A stretch of 64,000 bases of DNA, taken from the NCBI GenBank assembly GCA_905178155.1, contig CAJINV010000006.1, forward strand, positions 1,365,876 to 1,429,875. Reading direction: 5' to 3'. Position numbers and translations under genes: made by a program. The notes beneath the pieces were generated by a model. It saw only the letters and a list, made by a program, of their open reading frames with translations, made no database searches and had not been told where the DNA came from. Origin of the DNA: Amoebophrya sp. A120. Its lineage: Eukaryota; Protista; Dinoflagellata. This document shows positions 12,501-26,100 of the stretch, one piece after another (within the stretch, counting starts at the first letter, position 1; every line of letters begins with the position of its first letter).

Positions 12501-15500
12501 GACCGCCGCAATAAACGCGAAAAAGAACAAAACCGGTATCAGGATTGACCGCCTATTGATCGAGTGCACGGCCTCGGACCCGGAGAATCCGCGATTTCTG
12601 GAATTTCCGGAGTTTCGGGAAATCGAAATTTCGTTCGACAGGGAAGAGAACACTACAACTGCGGCGGTACTAGTACAACTTACACCGCCAAATAAAAGCG
12701 GCGGTACTAGTACAACTTACACCCCGTTGCAGCTCTTGATTATCAAAAGAAAAAAGTTCGTCACGATCACTCATGGGCACTTTTGCAAGACAAAATTGTC
12801 CGTCATGCGTAAAAATGCATCACAGCCACACTTCATAAGGGATTTTTCTAGTGTTTGTGCAATGCAAGGAGAAGTTGTGATGCAAAAAAAATTTGTAATG
12901 CCAACCCTGCAACTTAGTGACTGTGACAAACTTTTTTCTCTCCATATTGATTCTCCAGAGTTTAGAAAAAAATATCTTCGCCGGCTATCCCACGAGGAGT
13001 CAAGCGCGGAAGATGGGGATCCACCTGCAGAAATTGAAAAAAAAGCAGAAGATATCAATTACAACTTCTGGAGGATCATGTGGAGAACAAGCTGCACAAG
13101 AGATTCTACCCGCAAGCTGCAACGATAACGAAGTAGAGCAACAACGTTTACAAGCTCTTCCGATCCTGACCACAAAGGAGAAGGAGATTTTCGAGAGTCT
13201 GACCATGATTTTCAAGGAAGACGAGATGAACAACAACATCTTCGCAACAAGTCGTGACCTAAGTAAAAGTTCCGTATCTGTTCTGCTGGACGATGAACAC
13301 GATTTTCATTCTTTCACGGAGCTGCCAGACGGGGGCACGAATGTTTTGCAAAATCCCTTCCGAACAACAGAAGGGACTACTATGAAACAAGAATCGGAAG
13401 TGGTAGTGCCGGACGCAGCAGGGACCGCAGAAGCATCAAAGCGGGGAAAAATAAATCACGAGCAGGACAAAATCAATATCCCAACTGCTGCAACGACAGA
13501 AAATGAAAATCTGAACGAAGGCAGCTCTCTCTGTGTAGTACCAACGAAGATCAACTTCTGGACTAACCAGCGAGCGCTGGAAGCATTTCTGAAAGAGCTT
13601 TCCTTCCGCCGAACGCAAGCGGTGGACCAGATGCGGACGAGAGCTAGTCAGAACGTGCAAACCACCGGAGACCGGAAAGTAGGAATTGAGAAGGTCAGCT
13701 TGTGGGACATTGGTAAAAACCGAGGCATATGCTGTGCAAAAGTATTGTACTCGTAATGCAATCATGCGTCACAAATCTTTTTCTTAAGGTCAATCAGCAT
13801 TACAAATTTTATTTCTCATGCTGAGGAAATTTGTAATGCATTTATACGAGTACGATACTTCGGCAATCCATAAGGCAATCGTGATGAGGACTTCTTGATG
13901 CAACACATCAAACAGGAAATGTCGCGGAATCCAAATTCCAATTGGGGAGCGGTCGTGATCCCGGATTTGAGCGAGTTGTGGCGAAACAAGTACCCCGGGC
14001 TGCTAATGGTGGGAAGAAGTGCTGACCACACGACAGAGACTCGAGGTGGTGAAAACAATCCCTTCGCGGACCACGTCGAAAGTTCTACCTCTTTGTCATT
14101 CGAAGAAACAGCGTCTACCCTTTTGGAACTGCAGCAAATTGGTTCTTCCACAACTGGCGCCATCAACCTCTTCGGCGGTGATTTTTCAACATCTTCCTTG
14201 CTCAACAAGCCGGATTTGACGCAACTAGATTTTCAAATCCGCAAATTGATCGGGGAATACGGACATTTGATCGAAAACCGACACGAGCACGTCACGGACG
14301 AACAAATCTTTGCCGCACTAAATCGCTGGTGGGACGAGGATTACGTCGATGTTAATAGCACAATAAAAACTACATCTACTTCTTCAGAAAAGGGTAAAAA
14401 GGATGTTGACCACGACATCGAAAGTGAAAATGTCGAAACTATTGACCGGGAACGCCAGTACTCGCAAAGAGGATACGACTGTCTGCAGATGCTGAAGGCG
14501 CACGAGGACTTGTGGGTGTACTTGTCATATGCATTGCAAAAGTACTATCGTGGTGCTACGTAAGAATTGAATGACAAATTTCCTCAGCATTAGAAATGAA
14601 ATTTGGGATGCGGATGTAGCTTGACACAACAATTTGTAATGCAAAAATGCCATTGCCATTAGTAAACGAGTGCGATACTTTTGCAATGCATATTTCAAAA
14701 GCGGAGAAATTGTGGAATAAAGTTCAGGAATTAAACATTCTGAAAAGGGAAATCACGATTATGCCCGAGTTTCCGAAAGAAATGAGGGATGACTACGTGG
14801 AGGAAGAGAGCCAAGATTTTTGTTTTGAGGAACAGGAAGACGGGGGAGGTGTAATTCTTGGCGACAGTATTCTTGCAAGCACTTCCAGCAGCATCGCAGG
14901 CGATACTAGCATGATCACCGGTGAAGAGCTAAATACAACAGGCCAGCAGGCCGAAGCGCACCAGGCCAGAGCGACAACCGACACAACCATGACCACAGAT
15001 AGTACTAAACCCGTTCGAGATAATGATAAGATCAAACTTTTCCCGCAACCGAACTCCAAGTACTCCCACTCCCAACGACTCCGGCAGAACCGCAGGGCCG
15101 CGAACAATATGCATTCAGCAAAAGCATCGTAATCGTACTTCTAATTGCAGATATGCATGACGAACCTCCTTCCTATAGTTGAAACAGCATCACAAATCAC
15201 ATTTGGCACGCTAGGGAGCTACAACTACTTTGTATTGCAGTTACTACACCTACTAGTTGTGCGATACTAACTTTTGCAATTCATAAACAAACGCCCCGAC
15301 GCGTACGAGTCCTTTGAATTGAAGGAGAAGCTCTACTACCCCATGCTCTGGGCAGCGCGCTGGAAAGACGCGGAAGTTACAGCGACGAAGAAATTTAAAA
15401 GAGATTTCAAACAAATCGAAGACTGTTTACTCCCGAGAAGGGACGGATTCGGCAACTGGACCATTTTCGGCCGGTCGCCGTTTTTTGAAAACACAACTAA

Positions 15501-16177
15501 CACGGTTGACGAAAGTGCTGAAGGATTTAAAGACCTAACGGAACAGCAACGCGCAAACCCGCCGATGAGCCACTGGTCGAGACAATTTCCGGTGTGGGTA
15601 CCCTGTGCAAAAGTATCGTACTCGTAGTAATTGCAGTCATGCACTGCAAGTCTTTTTATTAAGGTAAATCCGCATTACAAATTCCATATCTAATGCTGAG
15701 AAAATTTGTAATGCGATTCCATTATTACTAGTACGATGCTTTTGCATTTCATAGTGGGACGCTTTGCACAACTTTTCTTTCGAGCTGAACAAGTGGTGCT
15801 TCGTCCGGGGTGTGCATGTCTCCGATAACATCATGGAATTAACGAAATCTCTGTTGTGGTATGAGAGTGCACAATTCCCCCTCTCCCTCATTTGTATAGC
15901 ATGGACAGCAATATAAACACTAGCACACGTGGAGCCTACGCATGACAAATTTGCGCACCCAATGCAGTATTGTTTGGGCTTCCGGATGAATTTCTCATGC
16001 AAACAGTGCCACAAAACAGCGACTAGATATGGGATTTTGCATGGCAAATGAGGGTGACGGGGAGTTGTGCACTTTCACATGCGGCTGGGCGGGAAGAAGA
16101 CAAGGGACGCCTTTCAACAGATTCGGGATGAGAGAAAGAAAGTTTTAACCTTAACGGGAGGGAGGAAGAAAAAATAA
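9588..16177 (+). CDS. Large unknown protein (~1706 aa): Q/P/S-rich N-terminus, C-terminal domain shared with 17179-32350; 8 introners
   Basis: Removing 8 elements plus DR gives 5121 nt of open frame from ATG 9588 to TAA 16177. Confidence 0.8.
11555..11764. mobile_element. Introner F4
   Basis: TIR; DR AGTAA/AATAA. Confidence 0.88.
11820..11969. mobile_element. Introner family F2 (TIR TATCCTGTGCAAAAGTATCGTACTCGTA)
   Basis: TIR; DR TGAAG/TGAAG. Confidence 0.9.
12741..12946. mobile_element. Introner F4-like
   Basis: TIR; DR TTGAT/TTGAT. Confidence 0.87.
13728..13872. mobile_element. Introner F2
   Basis: TIR; DR AGGCA/AGGCA. Confidence 0.9.
14528..14692. mobile_element. Introner F2 (reverse orientation)
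   Basis: TIR; DR TGTCA/TTTCA. Confidence 0.87.
15108..15285. mobile_element. Introner F2
   Basis: TIR; DR AACAA/AACAA. Confidence 0.87.
15599..15753. mobile_element. Introner F2
   Basis: TIR; DR GTGGG/GTGGG. Confidence 0.9.
15860..16079. mobile_element. Introner family F6 (TIR TATGASAGTGCACAACTCCCCCTCCCCCTCATTTG)
   Basis: TIR; DR TGTGG/TGCGG; right end CACA. Confidence 0.85.
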
Positions 16178-17178
16178 AAATGAAAATCATCTGATGCGGT
16201 TCCTCTCATGCCAAAGAGGACAGCTGGTTTCTATATACTTTTTTGGTGGAGAGAAAGAATATACAAAAGTTAAAGTTGTCAGTGCAAAAAAAATCCGATT
16301 TATTTGCTCTATCTTGTACTCTACGACGCAACGGTTTGATTTTGAATTTTGATGTAAGTGTACAAAACGCATCGTTTGAAACAATGGCGCAACTACAATG
16401 GTTCCCTCTAACTACCGAGAGAGTTAGTTGACTATTCTGCCATGCCCGAACTGCGGGTGCCTTTGACGCGACAATTGTGCGTGCAAAGTTTTTTTGTTCT
16501 TTCCGAGTCGGACGACTAGTACCGTCTCAGCTACAGGTTCACATTTGTCTTCCTCGCACTTCTTGCCAAAAGCCAAGCGACGACAGAGTTATGAAAAGCG
16601 GCTTTCATCTCATCGATTTCCACAAAAATAGTGCGGCCTTCCTCGATCTGGTTGATGTCTTTTGTGTTGCTGTATGAGATGATCAAAGTTGTGAGGATCG
16701 TGAATTTGGACGGAGCAGTTCAACTTGCGAGCATCCCATCGAAAGTACGCAAATTTGTCTTCGTCACCGCAACGAAGAAGTGGTCCCATATTTGGGTTGT
16801 TGACTAACGGTAACGCAGCTCTATATACAACTTCTGGTGCCCCGAGGTAGCATCTCGTGGAACTACTAACTCGGGTAGTTTTTCACAATGTGAATGTTGC
16901 GTTACTTATTGATTCTACCCCCGCTGTTTTGATGATGTGTTAGTGTTTTGAAGATCGTGTCCCGCCCTCCCCGGTTTTTACAGCGAGCCAAATGGTATAC
17001 CTTCACACTCATAGTATCGATAAAGAGCGTGCTTTACTAGTCTTCACATAAAAAAAAGAAGAAGAACTACAACTGAAAACTACACATGATGAGAGCATGT
17101 CGTTTTGCTGTGATTCGTAATTGCTAGTGCAAAAGCTGTCCGTGGTCTAGTAAAGTTTTTTATCGCCCAAGAATTATT

Positions 17179-20100
17179 ATGCCGTCATCCTCTCCCGCCA
17201 AGCCCAGTACCGCGACAACAGCAAATAAAGGCGCAAACAAAATGGGTGGACAAGAACAACCAGAGGACGAGAAGTCCTACCGCGAAAAGATGGTCGCTAA
17301 GATCAGCGGAGGGGGAACTTGGAGGGCGGTAGAAGTTAGTGATCAACAGGTGGAACCTGCTGCCGCGGAAGTTGTACAACCCGTTACAACAGCTGCAACC
17401 AAGTACTACCCGGAACCTGCCCCTGCCGTGCTCGTACCCGTTACAGTACGTGCAACAACATCAACAACCAAGCACCCGCCCAACAAGTACCAGCCTATTA
17501 CTTTCGATCATTTGCTACAAGCCCAACAGGGTACTACTGGTACTACTACTAGTTTCGGTCAGGAGATGAACACCATCGGGTCCTTCGTGCCCCAAAACAC
17601 CGCGACTGCGGGTGCGGATACGAACAAGGCCGGCTCCTCCTCATCTTCTACCGCGAATACGAAATCCGCCGCGGCTAGTACTACAGTTCCTCCGCCCGCC
17701 GCAGCATCTTCCTTAATAAATACGACAGCTGCGCAGACAAGCTACCCAGCCACTTACCTGGCAAATTACAACCCAGCCTACTACAACAACTACATGATAT
17801 CCCAGGCAATCATGCAGCAGCATATCAACCTCGGTTCCGGGAGTGTACTGGGCACCGACAATCCCCAAGTTTACCACCCAAACCACTTCGCGGCTGCTGG
17901 GTTCAACAACAACAGCAACACAGGGGGTTCGTTTCATATGCCGCAGCAGCACATCCCATTGCCAGGTGCAGCAGTAGCTACTGCAACCTGGTTGCAGCAG
18001 GGGGATGCAGCAACGTTGGTTACCAACGTGAACGTCCCCTGGTGGATGCAGGGGATGACGCCATCCAACGGATACGGAGCGGGAGGTGCAGCGCAGATAT
18101 TTAACCCGTATGGAGGAGGGGGTGGTGCTGTTGCTGCAGCAACATCGTCCGCAGCAGCCCCGATGCAACAGCCATCTGCGTCTTCAAGTAGTTCTGCTGC
18201 GCCACCAGGAGCAGCAGGAGCTGCCACTGGTCCTAGTTCATCTTCAAGTGCAATTGTGGAACCCCACCCGGGGTTGCAACCCGAATCCCGTGAGTTGTTG
18301 AAGATGAAGCCCGAATCTTCTTCTTCTTCAAACTGGCCCCTTTCTGCCTACGCTGAACTTGTTGTAGAGAACGCAACGCCAACAGAAAACGCTGCTTCCG
18401 GTTCTGCGGCGAACAGTATCGAAAGAAAAAGTCCCCCCTCCCCATATCGAAACGGAATTTCTGGTGCTGGATTTGTGTACACAAATCAGCTTTGAATTGC
18501 AGAGAGGCATTGCGGCCAGGCCCCCAGGCTAGGTAGGGGCGTATGGGTATAGTTGTTCAGCATGGCAAACGGCTTCCCTTTAGGCGCAGTAGCATGACAA
18601 ATCGCTTCCATAAGGGGGCGGAAGCTTCTGCCCGTGTCTTCTTGCAATACAAATGTGATTTGTGACCCCAAATCAGCAACGCAAATTTTCGGAAACATAC
18701 CTGTTCAATATGGGGAGGGGGGATTTTTCCTTCTGATAAACAGACTGAAAAAGGACAAGGGCTCCGGACGGAAAGTCCCGCAAATCCAGTTTTCTGATTT
18801 CGTTGGCCAACTGGAGCAGAAGAAAAGTGTTGACAAAGCCGGGGGAGTCCTCGTGAGCGAATCTGTCTTGAACGAGGCCGCAAATAAGCCGAAGAAAAAG
18901 AACTTCTTCTTTCTTCTCGGCAACCCGGAGGGCGGTAGGGAGCAGGAGCAAGACGGTGGAAATGCGAGTGGTGCTGAGATTGATGAGGACAATCAAAATC
19001 TTCAGCCAGATGAAGTAGTAGATGAAAAAGAAGATAGTCCTGTTCCAGGTTCGCCTGCTGCTGTTCTCCTCGACGAGAAAGAGGGTGGTGGTCAACAAGA
19101 ACAACAACACGAAGACCTCCGCGAAGCAGATGAACCGAGTCAGAGCAAAGAGCACCTTGTCGAAGCCGTTGGCGACAACCCGTTTCTGGCTCAGTCCGGC
19201 GAAAACGCGTTCTTTTTGCAGAACGATAATCCATCTGGTGTTCTACTTTCGGGACAATTTGACGTCGACGAACAAGACAATCAGTATCAGGATGAAGATG
19301 TGGACAATAAAAGCAAAGAGGATTTTCTGAATTTTGGCAGGGAACTAGAGCTGAAAAAAGAAGCAGAGCGGGAGAAGAAGAGGAAGCTGCTGCAACAGGA
19401 GAAATTTTTGCAAGAGGACCACTTGCGGCAACAAAAGTTGGAAAAGCAACTGAATTTGAATGAAGACAATGCAGGAGCTTCTCCGGAACAAGACCTGTTG
19501 CTCTCTCCTGAAAAAGACGATCTTTTCCTCGACCAGATCCACAACGGAAAAAGCGAAGAACTTTTCCTCGACGAGACACATGATCAAGCTGAACAAGAAT
19601 CGTTGGGACAACCAGTAGAAAAAGCTTTCAGCAACAAAAAAAACCACGAGTTGCAACTGCAAGGCGGACGAGAAACGAGCGCGGAGCAAAATGTTATTGA
19701 GGAAAACAACAAAGGGTTTCTGTCGCCGATTCTTTCCGCGGAGGAAAAAGCAAAATTGTCGGAGGAAGAGTTACAACACTACTTGGACTTGGAACAAGAG
19801 TTAGAACAGGAGGTCAGGGAGGCTTCGGCGGCTTCTGCATCCTCTGCATGTAGTTCGGGACGAGATGTTGCACCTGCGGCGGCGGTCGGTTGTGCAGCAG
19901 GACTAAAACCGACAGAAGGTGGCGCAGCTCTTCCGGCGTCTTCTGCGGTGCCTGAAGAAGAAAACCAGCAACAGACGAGTGCGGTTGCAGCTCCTAGCGC
20001 GAAGGACAAAAGTGTTGAACAAGAAGGAAACAAGAATGACACAAGCCCGGACATGAGCAAATACAGCTGCACGCTAGATTGGTTCAAGGAAATGCAGGAG

Positions 20101-23100
20101 CGGCACAGGCAAAAAGGAGTGACCCGCGCCGAGGCGGTGAAAAAGAAACCGGCTGGCGTCTTGCCCGGCAGTCTGGTGGCCAGTAGTGGTAGTAGTACAA
20201 CAAAAACTACCGGAAAAGTATCATCTTCAGCGAAGTTAATCGTACCGGCCGGAAAGGCCGCGAAGTTAATAGTCCCGGTACGGAAAGTGCCGCCCCTGAC
20301 CCAGTATCCTGTGCAAAAGTATCGCACTCGTACTAATTGCATTTATGCATTACAAATCTAATTCCTAAGGCACATCCGCATTACAAATTCTAATTCAATT
20401 TGTAATGCTGAGGCAATTTGTATTGCAGTTACTACTAGTTGTACGATGCTTTTGCAGTTCATACCCAGTTCCCAGTGGCGAAGGTGAAGGAAGTCACAGC
20501 TTTCGCGATAAAGAAAAAACCCTGGATGAATGTGTGTCCAGTTTTGCCGGAACAAGGGAAGAAAGGTAGTACTGCGGCCGCGGGTGCGGTGGAGAAAAAC
20601 CAAAAGGCTCTTAAAGCCGCGTCGTCTAGCAGTCTGGCGACGTCGTCGTCCGGGCTGCAGCTGCCGGGCAACAAGAAAAACGAAGCAGGAAAGGCCACTG
20701 TTGCTAGCGCCGAAAATGTGGAATCAAACAAGCAAAGCGCCCGAGGAACAAGACGGAGTTCGTCTTCCCGCAGTAGAAGTAGCAGCCGTAGTTCATCACG
20801 TGGCCGGGGGAAAAGAACAAACGCCAGTCGGCCCCGCAGGAGAAGATCTGCACGGGACGAGGACCACAGTAGAAGCAGAGACAGGACCGGCCGTAGTAGA
20901 AGAGACCACAGTAGAAGCCCCCGACGACGCGACAGCCGGCGAAGACGTAGGGATAGCAGGCGCAGAAGGCGTGGCAGGTCTCGGGGCCGGGATAGGGATA
21001 GTCGGAGAAGATCTGGCCGTAGATCGCGCAGGAGAAGGTCGTATCAAATGCAAAACTATCGTACTCGTACAAATGCGGGCTTTGCATTACAAATCTTCGT
21101 TTCCATTGCAAATCTGGATTACAAATTTTATTTGTCATGCTGAGGAAATTTGTAATGCATTTATACGAGTGCGATACTTTTGCAATGCATAGGTCGACGT
21201 CTAGTAGAAGAAGAGACCGCGCGAGGAGTCCGGATAGGCGGAGAAGTCGAACGCCGACGCCACGCAGTAGACGGGAGAGACGCGGCGGTGGCGTCACCAG
21301 TCCAAGTGCCGGCGCGGAAGATGAATTGGTGATGCAGGTGCAGGAATATGGTGGGGAACCAATCATCACAAGAACATCGAGTAGCGGCGACAAGAAACAA
21401 GAGAAGGTTAAAAATGGTGCACCACCTTCTACTTCTGCCGTGAATTATGCTGCTTTCAGCCTGCCGAAAGGTGGCCCTGAACTAACTGCTCCAGGCGGGG
21501 TTCATCATCTGGATGCGCTAGTACAACCACAAGAAGTCGCTGCTAAGACGGAGGAAAATAAAGCACAACCATCAGGTGATCAAGTAGGCGTTAAGAACAA
21601 TAACAGCATCAACGATACTGCAGAAAAACGAATGAAAAGGATGCTGAGGACGGAGGAAGAGAAACAAGAAGGTAGGAAGGCACTGCTAAAAGCTTTGGAG
21701 AACGATATCATGTCAGAGGAAAATAAAGAGGAAGAAGTAGAAGAAGATGGTGGTCCACATATGGCAGGCGACGTCCAGGATCGAGAGGAACAGGGAATAA
21801 GTCCAGATCAGCAAGAGGAAAACGACGCGATGAACGTGAACCCCGAGGGAGAGGAGAAGGGAAATTCCAATTCGAATGGTGATCTTCAAGATGTCGAGGT
21901 TGAACCTCCGCAGGCTGAAGATGATCCTTTTGACGAAGAGTTTCTGCAGCCCGTCGCGGACAACAACCCCTTCGCAATGGCGTCGAGCTGTGATATTTTT
22001 AACGAGGACACGCTCTTCGGGCAGAAGAAAGAAGACGCGGCTCCTGAGGATAACCAGAATGAGGACGACAGCGGACACTTGTTTAATCAAAGCGACCCCT
22101 TTACAGCAGGAGCTCCACAAGTAGAACCGCTGCACTTTGACCTGGCAGACATCTACGGCGCAGAAGGTACTAGTAGAGATGTTGAGGAGCCTGGCGCGAT
22201 AGAAGATGAAAGCGACGGGGAGCAGGACATGGAAGTAGCAGACGGCGACCATCATGTAGTGGTCCTGGAAGAAAATGCCGACTTGGATTTGGCTTTCAAC
22301 ACTTTCCCACCGACAGAAGAGGCAGTACAGGCTGCTGAAGATGAAGAAGCTGCTGCTCATCATGTTCCTCCGGATGACCAAGGTGAAAGTGATGGCGAAC
22401 ATGTTGACCAGGATCTACTTCGGGCAGAGGTTGGTGAAGATCCACCTGCGCTCCAAATAGACAAAGAAGCAGATGATCCACGACCTCCGGCAACAAGAAC
22501 CGGCGAAGACATAGACAACGCTCTCACAACTACAGGAACTGCACGCCCAACATCCCCTCCCCCGGCAGAGCAGAGTTTCTCGGACTGGCTCAAGGACTAC
22601 GACAATATCAAATGCAAAAATGTCTGGGTCTGGAAGATTCTGAGACTTGTCATGCATATGTTGCATGATCCATGATGCCTCTAATGCATGATCTAGCGTC
22701 ACAGATTTTTAGAGGGCTTCCTTATGCCTATTCCGCATCACACATGCCCTCTCGTCCGCGTAGCAAAAATTAGATTCCTTTTGCTGCTCATGCAACACAA
22801 ATTTTTTAGACATCCAAATGCAGCATCGCAAGTTGCATTCTTCCAGACCCAGACATTTTTGCATTTGATAGACAAACAAGTTGAACAAGTTTGTCCAACG
22901 GAGAAGAATATCCTGTGCAAAAGTAGCGTACTCGTATTGCAGTCATGCATTACAAATCTTTTTGTTAAAGGTAAATCCGCATGACAAATTTTATTTCTCA
23001 TGCTGAGGAAATTTGTAATGCATTGATACGAGTGCGATACTTTTGCAATTCATAAAGAACAAAGTAGACCCTAAATGCCGTAGCAGTTTTTCTACCTTCA

Positions 23101-26100
23101 CGAGCAAGAAAGGCAAGGTAATAACGGAATTCTTATGCAGGTGCACAACTTGTTCCCCTCCCCCTCATTTGTGATGCAAAATGCTTAATTTACACTGTCT
23201 CTGGGCACCCACTGTTAGCATGACAAGTTCTGGGCCCAAAGAGCACTACACTCCAGTGGTCCAAATTTGTGATGCAAAACCTGTATTCTTGCTGACGCTT
23301 GTATTGCTGTTCATGCAATACAAATGAAGGGGAGGGGGAGTTGTGGATTGTCATAATTCTTCGTTGACCCGCAGAAGATGCCGCAACCTGTTAAGGAAGT
23401 CGCGGACACGAAAACGACGCACATAATGGACATGATCGCGCAGGAACGCTTATGCATTGCAAAAGTATCGTATTCGTAGTATTGCAATACAAATTAGCTC
23501 AGCATGATGGCAAATGGAATTTCTCGTGCTAATTTAGCTTGAAAAAGAAATTGCTGGTCTTGCATATTTGCAACTACTACGAGTACGATACTTTTGCACA
23601 GGATAACGCTCTCGGCAGAAGAAACGGGAAGAGGAAAAGAGCAGGAACAAGGGGAAAACTGTGCTTACAATGGACAACTTGAACGCGGACGGCGCAGCTG
23701 GAAAAAAGAAAAACGCATCAGCTGCAACATCGTCAAGTAGTAAACACCAGCTGCCTCTGGATCGGTCCAAACCACCACCGCCACCGGCGCCCAAGGCAGC
23801 GCCACCGCCCCCGAGGAAGCGGACAAATTATTTCGTATTTAATACGAAACCAGCCGTGGATGAGGACACAGGTGCGCATGAGTCCGCGGAAAAAAAAACA
23901 ATGACTGGCGGTGCAGCAGGATATTCTGCCTCTTCATCCGGAATAAACAAGGATGTTGTTTTTCCGCCTGCTTCAGAGAAAGATGACGATTCCGTCGGGC
24001 CTGAAGACGGACCAGACGAGGACGAGGACGAAATTCTCCCTTTGGACAACATAACGGAAGATGAAGAAGGTTTTACCCTATCTGAGTTAGTTGATTCCGG
24101 GCTGGAGGGGAGTAAGAACATTCTGCAGCAGGAATTAGAAGCGGACGAACCAGTAGAGGAAGCAGACGAAGATGAGGACGCCGACGACGACGCTGATAGT
24201 GGATCATCCGGAGACGGCAGTGAGGACGAAGACGACGCTGAAGACGACGACAGCTCCGCCAGTTCTTCTGAAAGTGAGGAGGAGAAGCAGTACGTTGACG
24301 ACATCACCTTGGCCAACGAATTACTGCAGCAAGAGATGGACAAATTTGATGCGGAGGAAAAGCAGCGGCAGGAGTACATACAAAAACTCTTCGGCGAGGA
24401 CCACGCAAAGAAATTCACTGCAGCAGGGGCCGGAAGTGGTACTGCTAGTCGTGCTCCTGTTGCTGCTACTGCCTCTTCCTCGTCGGCTTCGAGCAGTAGC
24501 AAGATTATCACAGGAGGTCCTGCGCCAGGGGCTCTGGCAGAGGATACAACATTCCTCAACATCGCCGGCTCCGTCGACCCGTTCTTTTCACAGCTAGAAC
24601 CCATGGATTTCGAAACGGCTTTTGGCGAGATCGAGAACGAAAAATTCAAAGTTCAAATGACCATATGCATTGCAAATATCCCTGGATGTCTAGAAGGTTG
24701 CAACTTGTGATGCTGTCTCTCGATTCTGAAAAAATCTTTATTGCATGACCAGCAACAGGAACCCAGTTTGCGCTACGCGGACAGGGTGTTTCTCATGCGG
24801 GATAGGCATTAAGAAGCCCTCAAAAAACCTGTGATCCTGGGGCATACATCACAGACATCATGGGTCATGTCAAACTTGCATGACAACAAACCTGGCGATC
24901 TTCCAGACCTCCAGGGATATTTGCAGTGAATAAACCAGAACAAGCCACAACAAGAACCAAGGCACAGCAGGAGTAGCTTTTCGTGACGATAATAATGTTG
25001 CTGGTCATCCTTCGGCTGGATTGTCGCTGTCGGGAAATAATATGGAAGCAGGAGGAGCTTCCGGGTTCATGATGAACCCCTTCGCGACAGAGGACACTGT
25101 CGATGTGAACATGAACGATGGGGAAGATGCTGTTCTGGGCGGGCTGAAGAAGAATACAAAAAATGCTACTCCGGAAGAACTTGATGGTTTAGCCAGCGAT
25201 CTGGATTTGTTCTCGGATTCAGAGCTCGACGATGGCCACGAAAATAATGGAGCCCAACTACAGGAGGACGAGAGCACAGGCCCGGCAGCGAAAAAGCGAA
25301 AGGTTGTACTATCTGCAGGAAATGACACCGCCGAAGCTGCTGCAACAGAAGCTGCTGGTTCTGCTTCCGCCTCAGCATCTGCAAGTGGAGCGCAACCAGT
25401 ACTACCCAACAAGCCCAAGCCTCGCCCGATAGAGAAAAAATACATCCACCCACTGGCCCACCTGAAGCCCATCCGGTTCCAACTCCCCACCAACAGTGAG
25501 CCAACGCACCTGCAGCAGCTGATTCTGAAAAAGCTGCGACACTTGCAGCCGCCGGTGAACCAAAAGGAGGTTTTAGGAAAAGTGCGGCAGAAGGAGAAAA
25601 TGCTGATACGGAAAATGGAGGAGATTCAAAAGGAGATTGCGTACGGAAGTGCGATATGAACTGCAAAAGTACCGTACTAGTAGTAATTGCAATACAAATT
25701 TCCTCAGCATGAGAAACAAGATTTGTAATGCGGATTTACCTTAACTAAAGGATTTGTAATGCATGAGTGCAATACTTTTGCACAGGATATGCGAATTTCG
25801 ACCGGCAGAAAATGGACCAGCTCATCGATCTATGAGAGTGCACAACAACTCCCCCGCCCCTCATTTGTAATGCAAAATACCAACTCCACCACCTGCGTTG
25901 AAGCACTGTTTACATGACAAATTTATTCGGGAGAGGGGGACGAGTTGTGCATTGTCATACGACCAGCTGTCGAGATACCAGCAGGATGAAGAAAGGTTGA
26001 AGAAGGTGGAACAATTCGTGAAGTCCAAAGCGAGTGAGAGGACCCTGTACAAGCAGGACTTGCTGAAGTTCATAAAAAACAGTGGAACTACAAACGGGTC

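Noticed and set aside
12661-12723. 26-nt duplication read in two different frames (AAVLVQLT / SGGTSTTYT)
   Set aside because: The ORF stays open across it; most likely local slippage in a disordered region.
18557-19579. Long antisense ORFs (also 23828-24649 and 20704-21393)
   Set aside because: These are shadows of low-complexity + strand exons.
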